DNA of 64,000 bases. Origin: a virus (Duplodnaviria > Caudoviricetes). The DNA is taken from IMG/VR virus record IMGVR_UViG_2786546892_000017; one strand, given 5' to 3'. Under the pieces are notes generated by a model. The model made no database searches. It had not been told where the DNA came from and saw nothing but the letters and a program-made list of their open reading frames with translations. The translations under genes were made by a program, and so were the position numbers. Below, in pieces: positions 24,275-35,141 of the stretch. Numbering within the stretch: position 1 is the first letter of the stretch; each line of letters opens with the position of its first letter.

Positions 24275-26727
24275 CCCTTGTACGCCGCCAAATCTTTTCC
24301 CTGACTCGGCATCATGAAATTGTACATCCGCCCGTCCTCGTGGATCGCCCCCCGCTTTAAGTCGTGGTCCTTGGCCATGTGGACCTCGCTCAGCTTGTGC
24401 AACTCCAAGTGGCGGTCCTTGTTAAGTTGGTACATGGCATTCTGCACGTCGTTGACGGACGGCACGGTCTGCCCGTTGGCCTCCGCGTCCTGTCGAACCT
24501 GACTGATGATCCGGTGCAGAGGAATCATGCCGGACCGGTGTTCCTCGAACATATGCTGGGTTTCGTAGGCGTCTTTGATGGCTGCCGCGTGCTTCGCGGC
24601 CAGTTGCTTCCGGTGGCCCACGTCGGGATTGATCGGGGTGTGGTAGTCGCGGCCGTGCTTGAACAGGTAGCTGCCCTCTTTGGGGTCGACGTGAACCTGC
24701 TCGGCCCCCGCGGGCACGCTACCGGAGGGCAGACCGGCCGACGGCTTGGCAGCCTCTGGCTTCGGGGCGGCAGGGGGCTTGGCTTCAGGGGTGGCAGACT
24801 TCGGCTGTGCCTGAGTCACTGGCTCGCCCTTGGGTGCAGACACCCCTTCGCCGGTGGCCGCGGCCCGCTTCGCCGCTTGCTCCCGCTGGTGATCCTCGGC
24901 CCGGCGCCCCGTGTGGTCCTTGTTCTGCCTTTCGTGGTAGCCGCCCGTCTCCGGGACGTTGATCAAGTGAAAATGCGTGTTCCCATGTCTGATCTCGGAC
25001 CGATCTACAAAATCCGGGTGGTGGAGCTGCGGCAAATCGGCGCGAGATAGTTCGACCCCTTGCCCGCGGCCACCGATTGATTCGACCAATTTCTTCTTGA
25101 ACACTTCCGGCGTCAGACTCGGATCCTCCTTGTGGAAGTGGTCATACATGTCCGAGATAAACACCTTGTTCCCGAACCCGTGCGGGAAGTCCTTGGCCGC
25201 CTGGTTCACAGCCGCCGCAAATTCCGCCGTGGGCATTGCTGCCACCCGGCCTGCCTTGGTCGGTGCAGATTCAGGGGATGGAGCGGCTTCCTCCTGTTTC
25301 GCTTGCTCGGATTCGTGGGCGGCGAAAGCGGCCTCCGCCTTGGCCTTCAGTGCCTTGATGCGAGCGGTCTCGGCCTTGGTCGGCTTGCGCCCTTCGGCGA
25401 ACGCCTGGTCGTTGATGCGAGACGACTCCCGACCGTGTTCGCGGTCGGCCTTTTGCCAATCGCCGAAGGTGTCGGTGGGCGTAGCCGGCGCCGGTTCGCC
25501 CGGCGGGGGCGCGGCGGCCGGCGTTGGGGCTTCCGCCGCAGGTGTGGGCGGGGGCTCGGGAGGGGTGGCGGGGGGCGACGCAGATGCGGGGGCTTCCGGC
25601 TGTGCCGCTCCCTTCGCCTCGATTTCCTTCGGGACCGGTGCCGCCTGAGCCTTCGCCCCCACGTGGGCCAACACCGCCCTCGCCGCCAACTTCCTCGCCA
25701 CCTCCGCCTTCCCTCCACTCGCCCTCAGTCCCAGCCGACGCTTCACCTCGTGCAGATCCTTCGCCGAAACCCGCGTCGTCAGGGTGTGGGCCAATTCACG
25801 CACCGCCTCCGGGTCCGTCGCCAGTCGGGTCGCCAGACCCTTGACGTGTTCGTGGGCTTCGTCGGCGGTCATCCGCTCGTGGGAGTAGTGCCGCAGGTTG
25901 GAACGGGTCGGAGCTGCGATCCGCTCCGCCAACTTGCGGGACACTTCGGCCTTTGTCCCGGACGCCTTCACCCCGAGTTGCTTCTTGATCTCGGCAAGTT
26001 CGGCATGAGTATGCCCGGTGAACGCATCCGCCAACGCCCGCACCGTCTCTGGGGTCGTTAGACCCTGGTCGGCTTTGAGCTTGTGGACGAGTGCCACGGT
26101 CTCGGTCACGGTACGGGGCTTCGACTGCTTGCCTGCCGGCTTCTCCGGACTGGCCCCGCTTGTCGCTACCTGGCCCGTCTCCTGCGTCTGGTCCCCTACC
26201 ACCCGCTTCAACGCCCGGTGCCCGCTGGGATGGTCACCCCGGCCCCGTTCTCGAAACTCACGGGCGCGGTCGTATTCCTCCGCGTCGTGGTCGTCAGGGG
26301 AGTAAGGTTGCTCGCGAGACTCGTCGACGGGCTCGCGGGCAGCAGCCTCATCGAGTCGCCGGTCCTGTTCGACCTTGCGGGCCTTGACCGAGTCGTCATC
26401 GCCGTTGCCTTTCGTCTTCCCGGTTGCGTCGTTGGCATGCCCCTGAGCGATCTTCGCCTTTTCTTCCGGTGTCGCTTTATCTAACACCTCGGATGGGATA
26501 AATTGGCCACCAACGTAATCCTTGCCCCCGACCGTTACGCCGCCCTTGGGTGCGTGCGTTGCGGCTTTCCGGATCAGCATCCCCGCCCCGGGCATGGTGA
26601 CGGTCGCCAGTACGTCCGCCGACACCCCCGCCGTGACGAGCAGTTCCGTGACCCGCTTCCGCTCGGACAGGGTGCCCTCGCCGAAGGTTTTGCGGAGGAT
26701 GCTCTTGGTTAACTTTTGGTCGGTCAC
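24271..26727 (-). CDS. large multidomain head-associated protein with two SAP-like motifs
   Basis: lies between portal and protease; class-B promoter; ELAEIKKQLGVKASGTKAEV and DLHEVKRRLGLRASGGKAEV; Pro/Ala linkers. Confidence 0.7.
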   Translation of the reverse strand: MTDQKLTKSILRKTFGEGTLSERKRVTELLVTAGVSADVLATVTMPGAGMLIRKAATHAPKGGVTVGGKDYVGGQFIPSEVLDKATPEEKAKIAQGHANDATGKTKGNGDDDSVKARKVEQDRRLDEAAAREPVDESREQPYSPDDHDAEEYDRAREFRERGRGDHPSGHRALKRVVGDQTQETGQVATSGASPEKPAGKQSKPRTVTETVALVHKLKADQGLTTPETVRALADAFTGHTHAELAEIKKQLGVKASGTKAEVSRKLAERIAAPTRSNLRHYSHERMTADEAHEHVKGLATRLATDPEAVRELAHTLTTRVSAKDLHEVKRRLGLRASGGKAEVARKLAARAVLAHVGAKAQAAPVPKEIEAKGAAQPEAPASASPPATPPEPPPTPAAEAPTPAAAPPPGEPAPATPTDTFGDWQKADREHGRESSRINDQAFAEGRKPTKAETARIKALKAKAEAAFAAHESEQAKQEEAAPSPESAPTKAGRVAAMPTAEFAAAVNQAAKDFPHGFGNKVFISDMYDHFHKEDPSLTPEVFKKKLVESIGGRGQGVELSRADLPQLHHPDFVDRSEIRHGNTHFHLINVPETGGYHERQNKDHTGRRAEDHQREQAAKRAAATGEGVSAPKGEPVTQAQPKSATPEAKPPAAPKPEAAKPSAGLPSGSVPAGAEQVHVDPKEGSYLFKHGRDYHTPINPDVGHRKQLAAKHAAAIKDAYETQHMFEEHRSGMIPLHRIISQVRQDAEANGQTVPSVNDVQNAMYQLNKDRHLELHKLSEVHMAKDHDLKRGAIHEDGRMYNFMMPSQGKDLAAYKG

Positions 26728-26756
26728 GGTGGCGGCACTCCGGGGAAGATGCCGGG

Positions 26757-26780
26757 AAGGTGCCGCGAAAGTGGGAACTA
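26757..26780 (-). promoter_or_regulatory. class-B (late) promoter
   Basis: TAGTTCCC-N10-CACCTT. Confidence 0.8.
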
Positions 26781-26785
26781 GGGCT

Positions 26786-27862
<1,077 letters not shown>

Positions 27863-27902
27863 CGTTGGGGTTCTCGTCAGGGGTGCGAAAAGTCCACACC
27901 CC

Positions 27903-27929
27903 AGTCTAGCCGACCGCGTTGCCTGACTC
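27903..27929 (-). promoter_or_regulatory. class-A promoter
   Basis: GAGTCAGGCAAC-N9-TAGACT, overlapping the portal TGA. Confidence 0.8.
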
Positions 27930-30900
27930 ACACCGTGACCACATCGGCCGCCGACAACCCCTTGACGAACCTCAACGCGGCCCGCCTTATCCTTCGCCGC
28001 TTCGCCTTCATCTTCGGACCTGCCGCCGGAGGCACCAGCGTCCCGCCCACCGCGTTCAAGTTCGCAGACATGCCCCCGATAGCCTTTTGCATGTGAGCGG
28101 CCCCGGAGAGCAAGATGGGCGTCTCCTGGCCGTCCGCGTCCGAGAAGTGCAAATGATGGGTCACTGCCTCCTCGTTGATCGTCCCCATCCGGCGGGCGTG
28201 TTCCGCCCCCAACCCCGGTTGGACATAGGCGATGGTCGCGTGCGGGACGTACTTCGCTCGGGTGTTCGTATGGGGGAGCAACTTCCGTAGTTTCCGGTTC
28301 AACCGCCTGATCCCGGCACCGTGAACTTCAGCGTACAGAATGTCGTGCTCCGGGTGGCTAAACACCCGAACTCGCCCGAGCCGGTATTTCACGGGCCTCG
28401 AAGTTCCCCCTACGGCCCATCGCACGTCTTCCGGGTCGTCCGTGTGCAGTCCGTATAGCGTCGTGATGTGCGGGGAATCCTCCCGGCCGTCATCGAACGC
28501 GAGATGGTCGTCAGGGATGGAATCGGCGAGGGCCGTGATGTGGGACGCCAGGTGCCCCGGGAGTTTCACGTGGGTCGATGACAACGGCCGGTCGTCCGCG
28601 TCCATCCCCTTCTTCATGCGGGGCGGCAACGATCCCTTCCCGGCCGGGTTGCTGGGGCGGGGCGGCCAGTTCGCGGCCCCGGCCGGCTTGCCGTGCTTCG
28701 GCACCGGCACCCGCTTCGCCCGCACCGTTACGCCACCCTTGCTCGCCGAAACCGGACCGCCGGCCTTGATCTGTTGAACCACCTGGCCGGCCAAACTCTG
28801 GATCAGATTCGACAACAGAGCATGCGCGTGCGACTCGGAGATCCCGAGTTTCGCAGCCACCCGCCCCGCGTGCTTCGACGCCTCGCTCGCCGCCCAGACC
28901 GCCGGCTTGTGGCTCAAAATCTTGGCGTGCCGCGGGGTCAGCCGCTGGGCGACGGGCAACGCGCGAGACGCGACGGCCGGGGCCACATGCTTCGCCAAGG
29001 GCGCCACGGTCGGCGGGAGCGGGGCTGGCGTAAACTCCTTGGTCGCGTCGGCGTTGGGGGGCGGCGTTCGGCTGGCGGGTTGCGCAGGCGTCGGGCCGCG
29101 GCCAGCAATCAGCGGCGCCGCAGGTGCGGCTGGCGACGGTTTCTTTGTCGGTGTGTGGTGGAACGCGGCGTCGATGGCCTCCGAGTTATCCCTCACTGGT
29201 ACCGAAGATTGTCGCGGGGGCGGCGTCGGGGCCGAAGGCGTCGGCTTGGCAGCGGATTGAGACGCAGGGGCAGGCTGCCCGGCCAACACCCGATGCTTCT
29301 CGGCCGCTTCCACGTGGCCCTTGACCGCCCCTTCGGCCCCGCTCACACCGGACTTCTCTTTAGCCGTCCGCTCGTGAACGGCGGCTGCGTCTTGGTGAAT
29401 CTTTGGATCGGTCTTAGCCCCGGGCGGAATGAACTCGTACCCTTCTTTCCCCGATTTGTCCCACAGGAGAGCCCCAGCCCCCCACTGGTTGCCGTTCTTG
29501 TCTCGCCCATCGCTGTTGATTACGACTTTCTTGTGCCCGTCATCGGTGTGGAGGACTACCGTGTAGCCCTCCTTCGATTTTTGACGGACCAGATCTTCGA
29601 CATGCTTCGTCGCCGCCTTCATATCGACGTAGCCGTTGCTGCCCGTGAATTGCTTCAACAACGAACCTTTGGTGATCGGTGCCTGGTGCGGCGTAGCAGT
29701 CGATGGCGACGGCTTGTCACCTTCCTCTGGCTCCACATGACCGGCCTGTGCCCGTTGCAGCTTCTCCGCAAGGTCGTTGCGATCGGACAATTTTTGAAAG
29801 TGTGCCTCACCGTGGGCGCCCCACTCTTCTTTTGGTTTGCGCACCCACCCCTTCATTGACTCGTCAATGCCCTTATCGGCTACGGCCAGTTTTGACTTCA
29901 GGTCGGCCACGTGCGGCGAGTCTGGCTGAGCCCCGTGGGCCGCGATCGCCGCGTCCAGTTTCTTCCGTTGGCCTGGGTCTGTCACCTTGGCCCGAAGGGC
30001 TGCTGCGGCTTTCGGGTCTTTGGCCGCTGCTGCTACTTCGTCTTTATCGACGAACTCCCCATGATCATCTCGCGGATGCTGGTCTTCGAACCCTTTCTGG
30101 AACGGATCGCCCGGCTTGATCCCCAACGCCTGCAACACCTCATCGGTGATGAGACTGCGGGGGTCGCCAGTATCGGGGAGAGGTTCCTCGCCCTGTGCGT
30201 CCAACTCGGGGACACCGTTGGATCGATCGGGGGCCACAACGGGCGGGGCCGGTGGCGTGGGGGCGGCAGGTTGCCCGGGTGCGGGTTGTGGCTGGGTTGC
30301 GGCCTGGGCCTTGGCTTGGAGTCCGGCCACATACACCGACGGGGGGACCTCCCCTCCTTCCACGGGGTCCAGATCGATCATCCCCCGCAGTTCGTTCGTC
30401 ATGATATAGCCAGACGACGCACCAGCATTCATTCGAGCCTGCTGGATATCGTGGTCGTCAATCTGTGGCGGGTCGATTTTTACGACGAGATGGTCTTTCT
30501 CCCAAAAACGCTTCGCCAGATGCTTGGTCAGTTGCTCGCCAATGTCCTTCACGACCGGCCCGAGCCCGAGCGTGAAGAACTGCTTGAGTTTTGCGTAGAA
30601 CGCCGCGTAGCTGTCCGCGGGCTTCAGCCCCGCCACGGTTGGGTCGGCGAGCCACAGGGCACAGACCATGCCCATCATCCGGTCCCACCCGGACCCGTAG
30701 TCCATGTCACGGGCGCCAGGAGTGAGTAAGTTCGTAATCTTCACATCTTCGTCGCCAGCCAGCCCGATAATCCGATTTCCGCGAGCGCCGCTATACCGCT
30801 GCGAGACCTGAGCCAGTGCCGCCTCAACCGCCTCCTGGTTCGCCCCCGGCACACTGATAATCGTGTCAGCCGACAGTCCGTTGTCCATCGACCGCTTCCA

Positions 30901-31653
30901 ACTATCCGCGATCGCGTCGATCGTGTCGATCATCCTCGCCCCGGCTTGCATCTTGGGCCACGTCGCCCACTGATACAGCGGGTGAATCTCGTGGTCCCAG
31001 ATGGCATCGCGCCGGTCGATCGTCCACGGACCACCCATCCCGAACGGTCCCACGATCCCCGTCACGTAGTTCGTGACGTACCACCCACCGCACGGGTACT
31101 GGGTGCCCATCGGGATCTGATTCGTCGTCGGGGCAGGCACGATCCACAGGTCGGCCGGCGTACCAACCTCGCTCGGTCGCCAGGGCACAATCACTTCGCC
31201 CACGAGCTGCTTTTGGAGCGTCCACGACGAGAGAAATTGGCTGATCGTCTCGACTTCGTTGGGGTCTTGCATCAGCCGGACGAGTTTGTGCTCGTCCGGG
31301 GCCGGCTGGTACTCGTGGTCCTTCGCCCCCGGCGCCCCAAACGCCTTCTTGAACGGCACCCTCGAGGCCGTCCCCATCCCCTTCGGCCGCTGCTTCCGCT
31401 TCTGCTCCACCCGGACCGTGCAGCTCCCGACCGCGTGCATCAACGCACGGATACAGAGGTACTGGACGTCCTTGTATTTGCTGGCCTGGGTGAGCCGATC
31501 AGAGAGTGCCGGCCCCGGGATGTCGCGGCTACGAATCTCCAGGACCGTTGACCGCGCCTGATTCGTGGCGGGTTGAGGAAGTCGTTGCGTCGGGTCGGGC
31601 AGCCCGAGAATGCGGGAGCGGCTGGATTCGGCGGACTGCGTAGTAGGTGCCAT
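27928..31653 (-). CDS. portal protein with a long C-terminal extension ending in a 2H phosphoesterase domain
   Basis: HK97-like portal (LVRLMQDPNEVET..QF, ARDMDY, MTNELRGMIDLDPVEGGE); two HxT motifs, SPHITTLYGL and YVPHATIAY. Confidence 0.88.
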   Translation of the reverse strand: MAPTTQSAESSRSRILGLPDPTQRLPQPATNQARSTVLEIRSRDIPGPALSDRLTQASKYKDVQYLCIRALMHAVGSCTVRVEQKRKQRPKGMGTASRVPFKKAFGAPGAKDHEYQPAPDEHKLVRLMQDPNEVETISQFLSSWTLQKQLVGEVIVPWRPSEVGTPADLWIVPAPTTNQIPMGTQYPCGGWYVTNYVTGIVGPFGMGGPWTIDRRDAIWDHEIHPLYQWATWPKMQAGARMIDTIDAIADSWKRSMDNGLSADTIISVPGANQEAVEAALAQVSQRYSGARGNRIIGLAGDEDVKITNLLTPGARDMDYGSGWDRMMGMVCALWLADPTVAGLKPADSYAAFYAKLKQFFTLGLGPVVKDIGEQLTKHLAKRFWEKDHLVVKIDPPQIDDHDIQQARMNAGASSGYIMTNELRGMIDLDPVEGGEVPPSVYVAGLQAKAQAATQPQPAPGQPAAPTPPAPPVVAPDRSNGVPELDAQGEEPLPDTGDPRSLITDEVLQALGIKPGDPFQKGFEDQHPRDDHGEFVDKDEVAAAAKDPKAAAALRAKVTDPGQRKKLDAAIAAHGAQPDSPHVADLKSKLAVADKGIDESMKGWVRKPKEEWGAHGEAHFQKLSDRNDLAEKLQRAQAGHVEPEEGDKPSPSTATPHQAPITKGSLLKQFTGSNGYVDMKAATKHVEDLVRQKSKEGYTVVLHTDDGHKKVVINSDGRDKNGNQWGAGALLWDKSGKEGYEFIPPGAKTDPKIHQDAAAVHERTAKEKSGVSGAEGAVKGHVEAAEKHRVLAGQPAPASQSAAKPTPSAPTPPPRQSSVPVRDNSEAIDAAFHHTPTKKPSPAAPAAPLIAGRGPTPAQPASRTPPPNADATKEFTPAPLPPTVAPLAKHVAPAVASRALPVAQRLTPRHAKILSHKPAVWAASEASKHAGRVAAKLGISESHAHALLSNLIQSLAGQVVQQIKAGGPVSASKGGVTVRAKRVPVPKHGKPAGAANWPPRPSNPAGKGSLPPRMKKGMDADDRPLSSTHVKLPGHLASHITALADSIPDDHLAFDDGREDSPHITTLYGLHTDDPEDVRWAVGGTSRPVKYRLGRVRVFSHPEHDILYAEVHGAGIRRLNRKLRKLLPHTNTRAKYVPHATIAYVQPGLGAEHARRMGTINEEAVTHHLHFSDADGQETPILLSGAAHMQKAIGGMSANLNAVGGTLVPPAAGPKMKAKRRRIRRAALRFVKGLSAADVVTV

Positions 31654-31659
31654 GCGGCG

Positions 31660-31683
31660 AATGTGCCGCAGAACGGGGAACTA
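31660..31683 (-). promoter_or_regulatory. class-B (late) promoter
   Basis: TAGTTCCC-N10-CACATT-N6-ATG; the TAG is the upstream stop. Confidence 0.85.
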
Positions 31684-31968
31684 GCCGACTCTCACAGGCT
31701 CGTCCGCCTCAACGCTTTCCGCCCGCTTCACCAATTGCATCTTGGTTTCCAGATGCGACTCTGACGGCAACGCGAACGAAGCAAATGGCAGGACTACCCA
31801 CCGCGCGACCCACATCTTCATTGTCCCGTCGTCGAGCGTCTTAATGGCCGGGCGACGGAGTATCTTCACCCCACTGATCCGTAATTCCACGACCTCCCAA
31901 CGATACGGCTCACCCGGTTCCATCCAGATATCGCCCACCCGCACGTCAGGTCGCTCAGCCTCACTCAT
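31681..31968 (-). CDS. hypothetical protein
   Basis: VRVGDIW motif; coupled ORF. Confidence 0.6.
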   Translation of the reverse strand: MSEAERPDVRVGDIWMEPGEPYRWEVVELRISGVKILRRPAIKTLDDGTMKMWVARWVVLPFASFALPSESHLETKMQLVKRAESVEADEPVRVG

Positions 31969-32501
31969 TAGTTTCCCCCAGGAGATACATCGGCACCCGC
32001 CCCACCTCCAACCGCCTGATCTTCCCCGCCGCCACCAGTCGAGCGACCACCCGCTTCACCCGTTCCCGACTCTTCTCGGGGACTGCCGCCGGTCTGCGGA
32101 CTTGCGCGACTACCGGACACCACGGACACGGGCCATCAGTGTTGAGGAACCGGGTGACTTGGCTGATCTGAAGGCCGATGCCTCGATGCCGCGAGAAAAC
32201 GCTGAGCACGTCGGATTCGCGGCGTTTAACCCCGCAATTAAGGCAATAATACACCGCAACAGGCTCCGGATCGCTCGCCGGGACAAACTGCCCGCAGCCG
32301 CCGTCGCACAACACCACGTGCACCACATTGTTACCAGAAGGCGCAGGCGACCCGTCTCCGTCCCAGCGACCAATGAACGGCCCCTGGATGTCGCGGTCGA
32401 TCATCTCGCGCAGCCGGTCGTGATTCACGGTCCCTTCCTCCCCGTCAGAGTTAGGATATAGTGCTCGGTGAGGAAGCGGTCGAGGCACTGTGCGGTCATA
32501 C

Positions 32502-32825
32502 TCAGTCTCCCTCGACTGGAGCCGCTTCCAGCACATCTTCTGGCACGTCAAAGTGAATCGCCTTCATTAGATCAGCCAACTCGCCCCGCGTGCGGTAGTA
32601 GCCCGGGAGCATCACCATGTCGCCCTCTTCCGGGTCAGGATCTTTGAGGAACACGTATCCGCGGTTGTCCGGGACCGAGATCGCCCAGACGATCGTGAGC
32701 CACGGCTTCTGGCAACCGGGCACGTCGCGCGGCTTCTCGGTGATTCGCATCTCGTCGCCCTTGCGCGTCCACCCCTGCGTCTCCATCCACTCGGGGGTTA
32801 GGAAAGTGTCGCGGTCGTTGCTCAT
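32502..32825 (-). CDS. hypothetical protein, paralogue of 50621-51052
   Basis: LTPEWMETQGW...RTRGELADLMKAI versus VTETWLIQQGF...KTRGHFRNLMAAL. Confidence 0.65.
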   Translation of the reverse strand: MSNDRDTFLTPEWMETQGWTRKGDEMRITEKPRDVPGCQKPWLTIVWAISVPDNRGYVFLKDPDPEEGDMVMLPGYYRTRGELADLMKAIHFDVPEDVLEAAPVEGD

Positions 32826-33505
32826 ATCGCCACCTTAAACGGCCTCGCCTTCCCCTCATCTGCCCACGCAACAAATGACGCGAGCGGCCCGAACGACGCC
32901 TCGAACTGCTCGGCCCAGATTCGCCGAATGTTCTCCCGGAACCGTTGGTCGGCACAGGGGAAGCACGTGCACTTCGCATCGCCCGTACACGTCGACGGGA
33001 GAGGAACGATTTCGAGGGGCGGCTCGGGAACTCCCACGAATATGGTCTTGTTCATTCTGTTGCCACCAATCTGACTGTCATCCAGACCGTTCCCACTGCC
33101 AGCGAGCCGAAACACGCCCACCCCTGCCACTCGCAAGGTCGCGGGTTGGATGCCAGACTCGGTGTGTACCACTTCGTCGGCTTCAATTGGTTTAGGACTG
33201 GCTGATCGGCAGACAGAGTAATTATCACAGCTTTCTACCTCCGGCTGACGATAAGCCAATCAACCGAGCACTCCGCGTACGCCCACCCGACTACGATCAA
33301 GCCAGACGCACAAAATGCCAGTAACCCAACGGGCGCTGCGAGCAAACAAAACGTGGCAGTCTGCTGGGCGGAATACGTTTTTGGTGGCACCAGTCTGATG
33401 AACATCGCCATCAGCGGGTAGGACACCACCGCGTAGATTGCCAACCACCAATACCAGTCCATCACTCCGACCCTCTCAGTGTGTCTGCCACGATCTGTTG
33501 CCACC

Positions 33506-33796
33506 TCACCCCATCCTCAGTTTCAACACTGTTACCGCAATTAACTCCGCCTCGCCCGTAAGATCCCGCGGCACCCCTATGACCCACACCGCGCACAACT
33601 CCGCGTCGTACCAGAACTGATTCCCCGATCGCACACAGATACTCTGCCGCCGCTTCTTCCTGTTAAAGTGCTGCACCTTGGTCGGCGACACGCGGACGGC
33701 GCCGGCCAACGATGCGACCAGATCCCCCGCCGGGAATCGCTTGAGGAAGCGGTCGAGGCAGTGGTTGGAGACGGCGACGGTTGGTAAGGTGGTCAC
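33506..33796 (-). CDS. hypothetical protein (toxin/RNase-like small alpha-beta fold possible)
   Basis: VSNHCLDRFLKR...IAVTVL. Confidence 0.55.
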   Translation of the reverse strand: MTTLPTVAVSNHCLDRFLKRFPAGDLVASLAGAVRVSPTKVQHFNRKKRRQSICVRSGNQFWYDAELCAVWVIGVPRDLTGEAELIAVTVLKLRMG

Positions 33797-34066
33797 GCTA
33801 TTTACTCCGTCTCCCCCACAATTTCTTCTTCACCGGCACAACCCCCGGCTCCTCCACCTTTACCCCGTTCAAACCCTCCGCCGCGTCCATCCCCAAGCCG
33901 CCCAGCGAACAATGCGGGTTCGGACACCCGCCCCCATTCCCAATGGGTGAAGTGGCACTTCGGGCAGTCGATCACCACGCCGGACTGGTCCTTGGGCTGG
34001 TAGGCGGCCATTGGCGGACTCCGTGGCGTGTGGGGTACGTCAGGGATGGTGGGGTCGGGCGGGGAA

Positions 34067-34507
34067 TCAAGCAGTCGATTCGACCACCTGCCGCGCCACA
34101 GACGAAGGCGGCTCCGGCAGACACGCCAGCGTCCAACGGTTCTCTGGAAAGTGGTCGGCCGGGACCGCGCGGGCGCCCACCACTTGGAATACGCTCGTCC
34201 TGTCGGCGAACTGTACACTTCGCAATTCCAGAAAACCGCTCTTTCGGTGATACCACCACAGACCAGATTGCGATGGGTTTTCGAGCCACACCGCCTCTTC
34301 CGGTTCCTCATTCGCCCCGGACTGCTTCCCGCCGCCGATCTGTTCCGCCACCTCGCACGGAAGTCTCGACAGCATCTCATGCCGCAGACACTTGGTCGCC
34401 AAGTGGTACAGTGTCTCCGCCGACATGTCGACGTACTGCCCGCTCGGGAACGAGTGCTTGGCGTAGTGCTCCAGAACCCGGAACGCCAGGTCGATCGCAG
34501 CCGACAT
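34067..34507 (-). CDS. hypothetical protein
   Basis: GAGG RBS; ENPSQSGLWWY motif. Confidence 0.6.
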   Translation of the reverse strand: MSAAIDLAFRVLEHYAKHSFPSGQYVDMSAETLYHLATKCLRHEMLSRLPCEVAEQIGGGKQSGANEEPEEAVWLENPSQSGLWWYHRKSGFLELRSVQFADRTSVFQVVGARAVPADHFPENRWTLACLPEPPSSVARQVVESTA

Positions 34508-34530
34508 GTCGCACCCTCGGATAAAGAAAA

Positions 34531-34769
34531 CGCGCGCGGGATTGCTGTTACGCTAAAGACGACTGTGGCTCACGCGATTATGCCACGCCCGGTCACTGTT
34601 CGTTCCGGCCCCTAGTTCCCCGAGTCCGCCTACTCCGTGGCCCGCGTGCGTTACAGCGGGATTGCGCCGCGGAGGTCTGCGTCATGCCGTTTCGTGTCGG
34701 CGTCACATTCACCCGGTTCAGGCGTCACTTATTATGGATGGCTGCCTTCAGGCCCACCACCCGCGCACG
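34531..34769 (-). ncRNA. putative structured RNA mimicking 23S rRNA H43/H44
   Basis: terminal helix CGUGCGCGGG/CCCGCGCGCG; GGUGGUGGGCCUGAAGGCAGCCAUCC (H43-like); AGCGUAACAGC (H44-like); U-rich tail. Confidence 0.7.
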
Positions 34770-34781
34770 TGTCTCCAACGG

Positions 34782-35114
34782 TTACAGGATGCCGACCACT
34801 TCCCCCGCCCGCATCACCAGATAATCCTCCCCGTCCAGTTCTATCTCGCTCGCCGAGTGTTCACTGAACAGCACCCGGTCCCCCACGGCGACATCCATCG
34901 CACACCGGACCCCGCTGTCCGTAATCCGACCCGGGCCGGCGGCGGCCACCACGCCCCGTTTGGGCTTGCCCTTGGCGCGGTCCGGAATGAGGATACCGCC
35001 TGGGGTCTTGGTCGCCGGTTCATCAGGGGTGATGAGGATGATGTCGCCGGTCGGCCGGAAAGTCACAGCGCATTTCTTGGCACAGGTGGTCTTGGTCACA
35101 GTCGTCAGCCTCAA
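34782..35114 (-). CDS. groES: co-chaperonin GroES homologue
   Basis: FRPTGDIILI...KTPGGILIPD.AKGKP.RG.V.AAGPGR...VAVGDRVLF...EIELDGEDYLVMR..EVVGIL. Confidence 0.95.
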   Translation of the reverse strand: MRLTTVTKTTCAKKCAVTFRPTGDIILITPDEPATKTPGGILIPDRAKGKPKRGVVAAAGPGRITDSGVRCAMDVAVGDRVLFSEHSASEIELDGEDYLVMRAGEVVGIL

Positions 35115-35141
35115 AGGTGTTGGATAAAAAAACGCTTCGTG

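Noticed and set aside
34613-34636. TAGTTCCC on the plus strand as a 12th class-B promoter
   Set aside because: The hexamer at N10 is TACTCC rather than CACnnT, there is no convincing downstream gene, and it lies inside the rRNA-like RNA on the opposite strand.
34531-34769. A genuine 23S rRNA gene fragment or assembly chimera
   Set aside because: Similarity is limited to two loops separated by ~170 unrelated nt, the stems are diverged but still paired, and the flanks are phage genes.
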